From a virus: a stretch of DNA of 64,000 bases. The position numbers and the translations under genes were made by a program. The notes under the pieces are model-generated. The model saw only the letters and a list, made by a program, of their open reading frames with translations. It was not told the DNA's origin and ran no database searches. The DNA is taken from IMG/VR virus record IMGVR_UViG_3300023174_000061. One strand, written 5' to 3'. Position 1 is the stretch's first letter. Each line of letters starts with the position of its first letter. Positions 14,748 to 27,400 of the stretch are shown in pieces.

Positions 14748-14885
14748 ATGGCACAAAAAAGTCGGAAAGATATGAAGATTGAGAGTATTCCAAAGAATAC
14801 TCGACAAGGAGATGGGAGAAATACTAAATATGCTGCTACGAGTCGTAATGCGGCACGTAAGAAATATAGAGGGCAGGGAAGGTAA
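14748..14885 (+). CDS. Small basic protein (45 aa)
   Basis: GGAG RBS; ...PKNTRQGDGRNTKYAATSRNAARKKYRGQGR*. Confidence 0.8.
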   Translation: MAQKSRKDMKIESIPKNTRQGDGRNTKYAATSRNAARKKYRGQGR

Positions 14886-15484
14886 TGTATCTATTAGATG
14901 GGAATGATGAGTGGAATAATATTCATCAAGACGATCTATGGATTTATAACAAATTATTTTTAAGTCAGGTTTTAGGTTATACTTGTGGTCCTGTTGGAAC
15001 TACAGTTCCTAAATCTGACTTTTATATTATACGTCCTTCTTTTAACTTACTTGGTATGGGAAGATTTGCTCGAATTGAGTTTGTATATAAATGGACGGAT
15101 CACTTTCATCCAGCAGAATTTTGGTGTGAAGTTTTTGATGGAGAGCATTTAAGTGTTGATTTTAAAAATGAGAAAGCAGAATTAGTAGTTAGAGGAGAAA
15201 AAGAGAGTGAGGATCCTCTTTATAAATGGAGAAAATGGGAAAAAATAGATCAAAAGATTGAATTTCCTTCAATTTTATCAAAATTAAAGGGAAATTATAA
15301 ATGGATTAACTGTGAATTTATTGATGGAAAGTTAATTGAGGTTCATTTTCGTCAAAATCCTGATTTCAGATACAATAATACTGTAGCAATTCCTGTTTGG
15401 AATGATGAGAAAGTAGAAAGCAACAAAGATTATACTTTTATTAAAGATAAAGATTATTATCGTAGTGGTTTTTACATTAAATAA
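14885..15484 (+). CDS. ATP-grasp-like protein
   Basis: IIRP..NLLGMG, FWCEVFDGEHLSVD, INCEFIDGKLIEVHFR pattern. Confidence 0.6.
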   Translation: MYLLDGNDEWNNIHQDDLWIYNKLFLSQVLGYTCGPVGTTVPKSDFYIIRPSFNLLGMGRFARIEFVYKWTDHFHPAEFWCEVFDGEHLSVDFKNEKAELVVRGEKESEDPLYKWRKWEKIDQKIEFPSILSKLKGNYKWINCEFIDGKLIEVHFRQNPDFRYNNTVAIPVWNDEKVESNKDYTFIKDKDYYRSGFYIK

Positions 15485-15509
15485 ATAAAATTTCGTGGGA
15501 ATATAGGAA

Positions 15510-15851
15510 TTGAAACAGTTTTCGATGGGCAATCACCTTCTTTTGGAGGTTTATGGTGTAGAACATAACCTTCTAAACGATGGTATTGCTCTTCAAAAGG
15601 TGATGGAACATGGCATTCAACGTGCTGGAATGACAATTTTGAATATTTTTCAGCATTGTTTTTATCCACAAGGAGTTACAATTGTGATTGCACTCTCGGA
15701 AAGTCATGTTTCATGTCATACTTGGCCTGAGGAAGGTTGTATTGCGATAGATGTTTATACTTGTGGTGAGGGAAATCCAAAATTAATTGCTTTGGAATTA
15801 TTAAAGTATTTTAATTCAGAGAATTATAAACTTCGTCAGTTGGATCGTTAA
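15510..15851 (+). CDS. speD: S-adenosylmethionine decarboxylase proenzyme
   Basis: GNHLL, FYPQGVT, LSESHVSCHTWPE, DVYTCG. Confidence 0.92.
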   Translation: MKQFSMGNHLLLEVYGVEHNLLNDGIALQKVMEHGIQRAGMTILNIFQHCFYPQGVTIVIALSESHVSCHTWPEEGCIAIDVYTCGEGNPKLIALELLKYFNSENYKLRQLDR

Positions 15852-15917
15852 ATACTTAAAGGAGATAGCAACCTCCTTAAAAGTTCTGTTTTTAATTGTA
15901 AAAACAGAGGAGCTAAA

Positions 15918-16157
15918 ATGTCATTTTACCAAGTTGATCGAGACAAAAATTATATGAGAGAGATGTGGGGAACTACAAAACTCATCACTGATATTGATAA
16001 AGAAAAACCAAAAAGAGTAATTCAAGAGATTATGCACGATTATGCACCAAAGCATGATCTGAAGAAACAAACCGAATTACATGAAAAAATTCGAAATGAT
16101 GAAGATTATGATGATTGGGACTATGGAACAGAACCAACATATGGAAAAATGATCTAA
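15918..16157 (+). CDS. Conserved hypothetical cyanophage protein
   Basis: GAGGAG RBS; VDRDKNYMREMWGT motif. Confidence 0.8.
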   Translation: MSFYQVDRDKNYMREMWGTTKLITDIDKEKPKRVIQEIMHDYAPKHDLKKQTELHEKIRNDEDYDDWDYGTEPTYGKMI

Positions 16158-16195
16158 AAAGTATTATAGATATATTAAATATACTCATTGTTTAA

Positions 16196-16597
16196 ATGCC
16201 TATCAGCATTTCTAGAAGTTTTAAGGACATTAGTTTGTCTTTTTCTAGACATCCAGTGACGAATGATATTCTTATATTAAGAAATGAGGATGCAATTAAA
16301 AAATCTGTTATCAATTTAGTCAGAACACGTATTGGTGAGAGGTTCTTTAATAATTTATTAGGAACCTCTGTTGATAATTCTTTATTTGAACTCAATGGAC
16401 TAGAAGTTTCGACAATACTTGATGAAGAAATTAAAACAGTATTGAGTAACTTTGAACCAAGAATTGCAGTGAATGATGTAATGGTTGAATCTATGGAAGA
16501 TTCGAATGAATTAAATGTAAAAATTTCTTACGATATTGTTGGACTTCCATTTCCTCCTCAAAATATAGAGTTTCTTTTACAACCAACTAGAATATAA
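16196..16597 (+). CDS. gp25: Baseplate wedge subunit gp25
   Basis: FKDISLSF..HPVTND, GERFFN, NFEPR. Confidence 0.93.
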   Translation: MPISISRSFKDISLSFSRHPVTNDILILRNEDAIKKSVINLVRTRIGERFFNNLLGTSVDNSLFELNGLEVSTILDEEIKTVLSNFEPRIAVNDVMVESMEDSNELNVKISYDIVGLPFPPQNIEFLLQPTRI

Positions 16598-18477
16598 TGT
16601 CCTTCAATAACTTCACAAATCTAGATTTTAATGATTTACGTACTCAGATAAAGGATTATCTGAGATCGAATAGTAATTTCACGGATTTTGATTTTGAAGG
16701 ATCTAATTTTTCAAGTTTAATTGATGTATTAGCATACAACTCTTATATTACTGCCTTCAATACGAATATGGCAGTAAATGAATCCTTTATTGATAGTGCA
16801 ACTCTTCGAGAAAATGTAGTCTCCCTTGCACGTAATATTGGATATGTTCCCAGGTCTAAAAGGGCATCAAAGGCAAAGGTTAGTTTTACAGTTAATACAA
16901 TAGGTTTAAATTCAAAGACAGTTACTCTAAAGGCAGGAATCGTTGCTTTAGGTGCTGTTGAGAATGGTAATTATATCTTTTCAATCCCAGAAGATATTAC
17001 AGTAGTCGTTGATAATAATGGATATGCAAATTTCACAGGTATTGATGTTTATGAAGGTTCGTATTTAACGAAATCATATACTGTAGACAAATCACAAGTA
17101 AATCAAAGATTTACAATTCCAAACACAGGTGTAGATTCATCTACAATTCGTGTAAAGGTTAGTGGTGTTATTTCAGAAAAGTATGAATCGTATTCAAATA
17201 TTTTTCAGGTAAATAAAAATTCAAAACTTTTTCTAACACAAGAAATAGATGATGAACAATATGAAATTTTATTTGGTGACGATATTATAGGTAAAAAACC
17301 AACTAGTGGGAGTACTATTTTTATTAGTTATATTATTACAAATGGAAAAGATGCAAATGGTGCAGCAAACTTTACTTTTTCTGGAATTTTAACTGACAAT
17401 AATAGTTATTCAGTTACAAACAATATTTCGTTATTAACTACCGTTCAACCATCAGAAAATGGTGATGATATTGAATCAATTGATTCGGTTAAGTATCTTG
17501 GACCAAGAGTATATGCTTCACAATACCGTGCAGTAACTGCAAATGATTATAAAGGATTGATACCATATATCTTTCCAAATATAGACACTGTAACGGCATA
17601 TGGAGGGGATGAGATAGATCCACCAGAGTATGGTAAAGTGTTTATTTCAATCAAACCAAGAAATGGTAAATATCTTTCACAAATTACAAAAGATAGTATT
17701 AAAAAAGATTTAAGACAATATTCAATTGCTGGAATTAAACCAGAAATTATTGATTTGAAGTATATGTATGTGGAATTAGATACAACAGTTTATTACGATA
17801 AGAGTACCACAATAGATCCAAACAATTTACAATTAAGAGTTGTAAAAACTTTAGAATCTTATAGTAACTCAACAGAGTTAAATAGTTTTGGTGGTAGATT
17901 TAAATACAGTAAAGTTTCTTCTTTAATTGATAATACTAGCACATCTATTACTTCTAATATTACTAAAATTAAAATTAGAAGAGATTTGCAACCAGAATAC
18001 AATAAATTAGCAACATATGAAATATGTTTTGGGAATGAATTTCACATCAAAAAATTAAATTCTGATGGTAGAGGATATAATATAAAATCAAGTGGTTTTA
18101 CAGTAAAAGATGTTAGTGGAACTTTGTATATGAGTGATATTCCAAAAACTGATGAAATTGGAATTATATTTTTCTTTAAGTTGGTTGATGGTGTTCCAGT
18201 TATCGTAAACAATAATGCAGGAACTGTAAATTATATGAGAGGTGAAATCAAATTAACTACATTAGTATTCACATCATCTATGAGTGCTGCTGGTATTGAA
18301 ATAGAAGCAATACCAGAGTCAAACGATGTCCTTGCGTTGAAGGATATATACTTGGAACTAGATACTACTAAACTTAATGTAAGTGTGTTGGAAGATGTAA
18401 TTACATCTGGTGAAAATACTTCAGCAACACAATATGCAGTCACATCAAGTTACGTAAACGGAAATTATACAAGATAA
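16597..18477 (+). CDS. gp6: Baseplate wedge subunit gp6
   Basis: LDF...FTDFDFEGS, ATLRENVVSLA, RAVTANDY. Confidence 0.95.
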   Translation: MSFNNFTNLDFNDLRTQIKDYLRSNSNFTDFDFEGSNFSSLIDVLAYNSYITAFNTNMAVNESFIDSATLRENVVSLARNIGYVPRSKRASKAKVSFTVNTIGLNSKTVTLKAGIVALGAVENGNYIFSIPEDITVVVDNNGYANFTGIDVYEGSYLTKSYTVDKSQVNQRFTIPNTGVDSSTIRVKVSGVISEKYESYSNIFQVNKNSKLFLTQEIDDEQYEILFGDDIIGKKPTSGSTIFISYIITNGKDANGAANFTFSGILTDNNSYSVTNNISLLTTVQPSENGDDIESIDSVKYLGPRVYASQYRAVTANDYKGLIPYIFPNIDTVTAYGGDEIDPPEYGKVFISIKPRNGKYLSQITKDSIKKDLRQYSIAGIKPEIIDLKYMYVELDTTVYYDKSTTIDPNNLQLRVVKTLESYSNSTELNSFGGRFKYSKVSSLIDNTSTSITSNITKIKIRRDLQPEYNKLATYEICFGNEFHIKKLNSDGRGYNIKSSGFTVKDVSGTLYMSDIPKTDEIGIIFFFKLVDGVPVIVNNNAGTVNYMRGEIKLTTLVFTSSMSAAGIEIEAIPESNDVLALKDIYLELDTTKLNVSVLEDVITSGENTSATQYAVTSSYVNGNYTR

Positions 18478-18478
18478 A

Positions 18479-21400
18479 ATGTCAGAAATCAAGAGAGTAA
18501 AAATTCAATCAATTGTTGAATCACAAATTCCAGAATTTTTAAATGATGATTCTCCACTTTTTAAAGAATTTTTAGAGCAGTATTATATTTCTCAAGAACA
18601 TCAAACTGGTGTTGTAGATTTAGCAGTCAATCTACAACAATATAAGAGTATTGATAACTTCAATAATGAAACATTTTATACCACAGTTGGAATTTGCACG
18701 ATTTCTTCTGATATTACATCCTTTGATGATACCATTCCTGTCAATCATACTATAGGATTTCCACAAAAATATGGTCTATTAAAAATCAATGATGAAATTA
18801 TTACATATACTGGTATTACTACAAATAGTTTTACTGGATGCGTTCGTGGATTTAGTGGGATAGACCAACATTCAAATAATGAATCTTTCGTTTTTTCAAA
18901 AACATCTTCATCATCTCACACCAAAGCAGAAACAGTAACGAATTTAAACTTATTATTTTTTAATGAAATATTTAAAAAATTTAAAACTCAATTTTTACCT
19001 GGTTTTGAAGATAGAAATTTTACAACTGGATTAAATTTAAAAAATATTTTATCTAGAGCAAAGGATTTTTATATTTCAAAAGGATCTGATACATCTTATA
19101 AAATTTTATTCAGTATTCTTTTTGGTAAAGATATCCAAGTTTTAAAACCACAAGATTATTTGTTAAGACCTTCTGATAATAATTATCTGGTAACTAAAAA
19201 TATTTTAGTCGAACAAATAGTTAGGGATGAAACATTCAGAGTTAGCGATTATGACTTAAGAAAACAATTAAAAGGAAAAACAATATTTGAATCTTTATTA
19301 AATGGAAACACTGCTAGCGCTGCAGTTTATAATGTAGAATATAGACCATTAGATGATAGAGATTTGTATGAAATTTCATTAGATTCAACTTCTTTTGTAT
19401 TTAATTTTGAAACTACAAAAAAAACAAACATTTCAGAATTTGTTGCCGAAGGAGCATCATCAATTATAGTAGATTCTACAGTTGGATTTAATAAAAGTGG
19501 TTCTTTGTTTATAAAAACATCAAATTTATCAAATCCAATAACTCTAACTTATACAGATAAGACTTTAACTGAATTTCTTGGAGTTTCTGGAATTTTTGCA
19601 GATTTAAACTTTGGTGAAGAATTGGTAGAGGAAAACTTTTTATATTCATATCTAGATAATGGATCTAAAGTTGAATTTAGATTAATTAATGTGATTGATA
19701 CTATTGATTATTCAGAAACATCTAGTTTAAGAGTAGGAGATAAAATCCAACTTTCTTCATTTGGAAATGATTTGAATGACAGAAAGGAATTTAATTTTTG
19801 GATTTATAATCTACCAACATCACATACGATAAAATCAATTGTTGGTAATAGAATATATTTTTATGATAGATTGACTTTTATTATTGGAGATAAATTTAAT
19901 TTATTGAATCCGTCTGATGAAAATGATAGTGTTTTATCAGCAACTGTAAAAACTTATGGTTCCAATTCTATTGGATATTATGTTGATATTGAAGAAGTAG
20001 GATTGAATATATCAACAAAAACTGAAATTAAAAAAATAATTAAAAAAGCAAATAGTGCTTTAGATTATTTTCCATCTATTATCAATTTACCAACAGGAGT
20101 ACAGAATACTTATGTTGATTACAATTTTGAAAATTTTTATGTTACTTCTTCTGGATTACCAAATGATGTGATTTATGCAACGGATAGAAAAATAAAAGTT
20201 ACTGCAGAATCAGGTATCACAAGCATATTAAATTGCCCCAATCACAATTTTTATACTGGTGAAAAAATTTATTATGTTTCGTCTTCCAATTCTGGAATTA
20301 AAACTTCAATTTACTTCTTGACAAGTATTGATAGTGATAATATCAGTCTTTCTTACAGTAATACTGATTTGTATACAAAAAACTATATTGAATTTTCGAA
20401 TGTAGGAGATGAAGATTATTTTGTAAAATTAAATTATCAAAACAAAACATTAGAGCATCAAAAATTATTTAAAAAATTAAATTTAATTAAAAAAGAACAA
20501 TTTTTTGATGATCCAGAAAAAAGAAAAACAATTAATAAAAAAATAGGTATTTTAGCAGATGGGGTTGAAATATTTTCAACAACTGTTTTTCAAGATAATA
20601 TTTACTATGGAAAATTAGATTTTGTAAATATTAATGCATCAGGACAAGGATATGATGTAATTAATTTTTCTGGAATAAGTGTAGAAGATAATTCTGGATC
20701 TGGTGCTATAGTTAATGGTTGCATAACAGGAAGTTTAAATGAAGTAAAATTATTATCACCTGGAATTGGTTATCAATCAAAACCAAAAATTATCCTTACT
20801 GGTGGAAATGGTTCTGGAGCAGTATTGGAATCAAATTTAGTAAAAACAAGAATTACTTCAAATTTTAAAGCATCTAGTATATACAGTAATAATATTAATT
20901 TTTCTCAAAATCATAATTTTGATAATTCAGAAGAAGTTTTTTATAATAAAAATTCAAATACTTCTATATCTCCACTTATTGATGGTGCTTCATATTTTGT
21001 GGGAGTAACAAGTACAACACAGATCAAATTATACAAAACAAAAAATGATTCCATATCTGGAATTAATACTATTTCAATAAGTGGTATTGGTTATTCTGGA
21101 GTTCATAGTTTCAAAACAGTAAATTCAAAAAATACAATAACAAAAATATATGTAAAGAATGGTGGTTCTGGATATTCAAATAGATTTGTATCAGTTCCAT
21201 CTAGATTGTCTGTAGACAATCAAACCAATGGAATTAATACCTTTGATGATTATATTTTTGCAAAAAATCATAATTTTAAGAATGAAGATTTGGTGTTATA
21301 CACAACAACAGATACTAAAATATCTGGTATATCCACTCAGACAAATTATTACGTAACAGTAGTTAATGAAAATAAATTCAAACTATCCATTGCTGGGGTC

Positions 21401-24400
21401 TCTACAAATATCTCTAGAGAAAATTATCTCAATAAAAAATATATAAGTTTTGATTCTGTTGGTGTTGGAACACACAAATTTTCATATCCACCAATTGAAA
21501 TTAGTGTTGAGGCAATTAGTGGAATTACTACGACAATTGTAGAACCATCATTGAATCCGATTGTTCTTGGTTCTTTTGATAATATTTTTGTAGAAAATGA
21601 TGGAACTAATTATGGAACACCAGACATTATCAACTTTCACAGAAAACCACTTGTTTCTGTAAGTAAACAAACATCAGATGCATTATTGAAACCAGTAATT
21701 TCTGATGGTTTGATTGTTGATGTTCAAATATTGAATGCAGGAAAAGGATATACAAATGATATTGATATTGTTATTACTAGTAAAACTGGCAAATATGCTG
21801 AATTATTTCCAACTATAGTAGATGGAAAAATTACACAAATTTTAGTCACAAACTCTGGAATAAACTATGATGAAAAAAATACAGAGTTAACAATAGAAAA
21901 AAGAGGTTCTAATGCAACATTTGAAGGTAATGTATTTGAATGGAAAATAAATCAAATTGAAAAAAATAAATCAATTATTAATTCGAATGATGAAGGTATT
22001 ATTACACCAAGTGATAATATTGATTTTGGATTACAATTTGTAAATTATTATCCTTCAAAAAAATTAAGAAAAAATTTAAATAATTTTATTGATATAGAAG
22101 GAAAAGAAAATCCACCAACAGCAGCAACAAATCCATATCAGATTTTGGGATGGGCGTATGATGGAAATCCTATTTTTGGTCCTTATGGTAAGGTAAATGG
22201 GGAAATCAAAAAATTAAACTCAAGTTATAATAAATTTAATGATCCTGAAATAACTGCCTTAATTAATTCAAATTTGAGACCAAACTTTAGATCTGGTTTT
22301 TTTGTTGATGATTTTTATTTTGATAGATCAACATCCAATGGAGATTTGGATGAATATAATGGAATGTTTGTAAACAATCCTGATTTTCCAAATATTAATT
22401 ATGGATATTTTCTTAGCATTGATGGTGAGGGAAATCCACAATATCCATATTTAATTGGTTCATATTTTAAAGATCTACCAATAACAGAAAATTTTGAACC
22501 ATCATTTAATCAAGAATTAAATTTTAATGATTTTGATATAGTAAGAAATACTGGTCCATATTATTTAAATTCTGCATATGCATCTTATGATTTAATTAAT
22601 AAAGTAGAATCAAAATATAAACAAGAATTTGTAGTAAAGCAAATACAGTCTTCTGGTATAAACTCGATATCAATTTATAATTCAGGTCAGGGTTATACAC
22701 CAGGTGATAATATTATTTTTGATAATTCTACTTCTGGTGGAACTGGATTATCTGCTGCAATTTCAAGAGTTAAAGGAAAGGGAATTTCTAATATTCAAAT
22801 TGGAGTATCTACTTTTTCTGGTGTTACTTTTATTACAAAAGGAACAAGAGTAAAGGGAATTACAGGAATACCTCACAATTTGATTACAAATGATGAAATT
22901 TTAGTTACTTCTATTTCTTCTAGTCCCTATAATTATATTCAAGGATTTAAAAAAATATCAGTAAATCAAAAAAGTGTTAGTTTAATAAACAATATTCCAA
23001 ATCAGTCAACTACTGGTGTAACAACTTACATTATTGTAAATGATGTTTCTGGATTTGAAGTCGATAACTTAATTAAAATTGATACAGAAACTTTAAGAGT
23101 TATTGATATTTCATCTTCAGAATCAAAATTATTTGTAAATCGATATGAAAATTATACTGGAATTCACACTGCAGGAATTTCATCTGTTGTATTGCTTCCA
23201 AATACATTTACATTCAATTCCCCACAATATGATGATACCATCATAGAAAATAAAACCACATATTTTAATCCTAGTAATACAATAGGAATACAAACAAGTG
23301 GAACAAATTATTATAAATCGATTGGCATTAAAACTGATTTTGGAACATTTAATGCTGGAATAACCAGTTACATTGGAATTAATACTACTGCATTGCAAAT
23401 TGGTGATTATGTTTCTGGGACTAATGTTTCTGCTGGAACGACTGTTGTAAGTATTGGAATTGGAAGTATTCAAATTTTACCAAATCATACTCTTGGTGGG
23501 GGAATTTCTACTTCTTTAGTTACTTTTAATAGATCAATATATGATAAATTTGTTCCTTCTCGTTCAATTTATATACAAAATCACAAATATTATACAGGAC
23601 AATCATTAACTTATAATGTTGGTTTGAATGGAAATGGCATTGTAGTATCAAATACTGGAACTGGATCTACATTTAGATTGAGTCAAAATCAAACAGTTTA
23701 TGCTGTAAATTTTGGAAATGACTATGTTGGTTTATCTACTTTAGGTTTTACGACAATTACAGGAATTGGATCGACATCAAATTCATTATATTTTAGTTCA
23801 TCACCAAACACTGGATTAGCACATTCTTTGACAACACAATATTCCAAAATTACTGGAACTTTTGAAAATTACTCTGTAACTGTTTCTACAGCACAAACAC
23901 ACGGATTACAAACAAATGATAAAATAAAATTTAATGTATTTCCAAGTTTTTCAAATACAATAAAATTAAGATACGATACCATACTTAGAAAAATCACAAC
24001 AGATAAAATTGACTTCAGTGCTTCTTCAGTTGGTGTAAACACACAAACAAATGAAATTACTATAACTGGTAATAAATTAAAAACTGGTGATAAGATTGTA
24101 TACTATACAAATGGAAATACTGTTATTGGTGGATTAACTAATAACAATACTTATTATATCTTAAAACAAGACCCAGACAAAATAAAACTATCAAGTTATC
24201 TTTATGATACAACTGTTGGAACTTGTATTAGTTTTACAACTGTTGGTACTTCCAATCACAGCATTGCTCTTATCAATCCACCAATCAGTCTCACCAAAGG
24301 TGATGTATTAACTTTTGATTTGAGTGATGGTACAGTTTCTGGTATGGATTTAAGATTATATAAAGATCCAAATTTTGTTAAAGAGATTGAAAACTTTAAA

Positions 24401-27400
24401 TATATTAGTAATAATACAAGAGAATTAAATACCCAAACAACTGATGTTTCAAATGAACTATATTATAATTTAATACCACTAACAGTTTCATCTGCAGAAT
24501 TATTCCAGATTTCTTATGATAAAGAAGTTGTTGGAAACAATAGAATTAAAATTGTTCCTAGTACATTTAATAATGAATATCCAATCATAGGAATTGGAAG
24601 TACAGAATTTAAGTTTAATTTAAATACAAAACCAGAGAATACATTATACACAACTTCGAGCGGAGTATCTACTATTTTTTATGATACAAATTCCACCAAT
24701 ACTTCTGGTTCAATATCAAAAATAAAAGTTAATTTTGGTGGAAAAAGATATACAAAATTACCAAAAATTTCTTCAATTGAGACAATTTCTGGCAAAAATG
24801 CTATTCTTAGATCATCATCATTCACAATAGGAAAAGTTAGTCAATTAGAAAGAGTTAAAGACGGATTTAACTATCCAACAGATGGTACATTAAAACCATT
24901 TTTAAGTTCTCCAGCAATAGTTCAAATTAAAGATATTTCAAGAATTAATTATATTGGTATAACAACTGGAGGAAGAGGATATAATACTGCTCCATCACTC
25001 AAAGTTATTGGAAATGATAAGATAAAATTATCTGCCGAATTGCAAAGTGGAAGTATTATTGGTGTAAAAGTTGTTGAAAATACTAATGATTTGACGACAC
25101 CATTAAAAATTGTACCTATAAACAATTCTAATGGATATGAGATTGACGATATTGTAGCAACAAATAATGGTTCCACAGTCACTTTAGAATTATTAAATGA
25201 TACTCAATTATATCCATTGATTACAACAGGATATGGAAAAACAGAAACTATATTCCCATTTGCTATTGGAGATGAAATTTTTATAGAAAAATGCAGACAA
25301 CAAGATAAAACAAAAGATAATTTTAACTCAAAAGATTATGGATATAAGTTTTTTACTGTAACTGGAATAAGTTCAGAAAACTTTACAGTAACCTTCAGTA
25401 TGACTGGGTTGACTGGAAAAAATGGATCTGTGTTATCGTTAAATCAAGATAATCTTGAAGGTAATTATATTAATACTTATGGTTATGGAGTTGCAATTAA
25501 TAGAAAAGATATGCCTGAATTTGAGATGATTCTTATTGATGATTTGAGTTATATCTCTGGAGAAAAAGTTACTGGGGTTGACAATTCTGGAAATTTAGTA
25601 TTTTCAGCAACTGTTATGGAGAATGGTTGGGACAATGATATTAATCAATTGCGATTAATTGATGCAAAAGGTGAATTGGAAGTTGGAAATAAACTAAAAG
25701 GTGAAAAATCATTATTGAATGGTACTGTCGAATTTACTAATAAGTTTAACTTAAAATCAACACTTGGAGCAACAAGAGATAAAATTAATGATGCTGGAAA
25801 TGAAGTTGGATTTTTAAATAATTATCAACAAAGAATTTCAGATAATTCTTATTATCAAAAGTTTTCGTATGCAATCAAGAGTGAAGTATCTTATGATATT
25901 TGGAAAGAACCAGTTCGTTCTATTATTCATCCAGCAGGATTTAAAGAATTCTCCGATTTGGATGTAATTAGTATTGCCCTATCAACCGCAACCAAAAACC
26001 TAAAAGTTGGAATTGCAAATTCCACTTTAAATTTACTTATAAACCTCGATGATGTTTCATCATTTTATACTAGAAATAACCTATCATTAGTCACAGAAGA
26101 TGAAGAAAGTTTATTTGAAGATGGTTCAATTGAGAGAGTAAATATTGGAGCAGAAAAAGCAAATGTTGCTGGTATTGGTGTAACTGGACCTATTTTTGGT
26201 TTAACACTTAAACCTTATACTTTAAGCAAAACAAATAAAGTTTTAATGATTGATGATATAAGTACTCAATTTGATGGTTCAAATGAGTATATTTCAATTG
26301 GAACAACAACTGCTACATTTAATAGTTTATATCCATATTATATAAATCTTACTACTACAAGTTTAAGTGTTGGTGATTATGTAGGATTTTCCACTTTACT
26401 TATTCCAGACAGTACCGTTATTGCTGAAATTGGTGTTGGGAGTGTAAGATTAAATCTTCCACATAGATTAAATCACGGCACTCAATCTTCTGATGTAAAA
26501 ATCAGAAGAAGACTTGCTGGAAATTCTGTGGTTGGAACTAAATCTTTCAAATTAACCAGCAAAGGAACTTCATTATTCTATCGTGAATTTGTTAGTTCTG
26601 CTAGTACAATTATTAATATTGATAATAATATAATTAATCTGACAAATCACAACTTCCAAACAGGACAGAAAATATCATATTCTTCAATAAATCCAATAAC
26701 AGCAGTAAGTCAAACAAAAATTGGTATTGGTACAACATCTTTAGTCGAAACACAATTTGCGACTAAGGATTATGGTGGTGGAATTATAATGGGAATTGGT
26801 GGTGGTATTGGAAGTGCAATATTTGAAAATGGTTATAACGTAGCAATCAGTACTACAATTACTGGCATAGGAACAACAGTACCAAATATATCAAATAAAA
26901 TTTATGGATTTGGAAATCCAATTCCAGCAGACACAGTTTCCGGTATTGGAACTGGTGCAACATTTGAAGTTTGGATTACTTATGATGGTTCAGCAACTGG
27001 AAATCCAATTTCAACATCTATTGTTCTAAAAGATGGTGGAAGAGGATACGGAATAGGAAATACAGTTTCAATTGCTGGAACTTATCTCGGAGGAGCAAAT
27101 CCAACTCACACGTTATCATTCAAGGTATCTAAAGTTTCGAGTACAGCAATAGTATCTGCAGCAAATTCAACATATACTGGTATTGCTGGTACTACAACAG
27201 TTGGTATTGGTTCTAGTGCAAAATTTAACATATCAAGAGATTCTTTAGGAAAAATTAGTTCTGTTCAAATTGTAAATGGTGGAAGATATTATAGTATTGG
27301 AAATAAATCCGATGGATCTTTAACAGACATTATTAGTATTGCTGGAACATCTATTGGTGGATCTACTCCAGCAGATAATTTATATCTTTCACCAACACTT

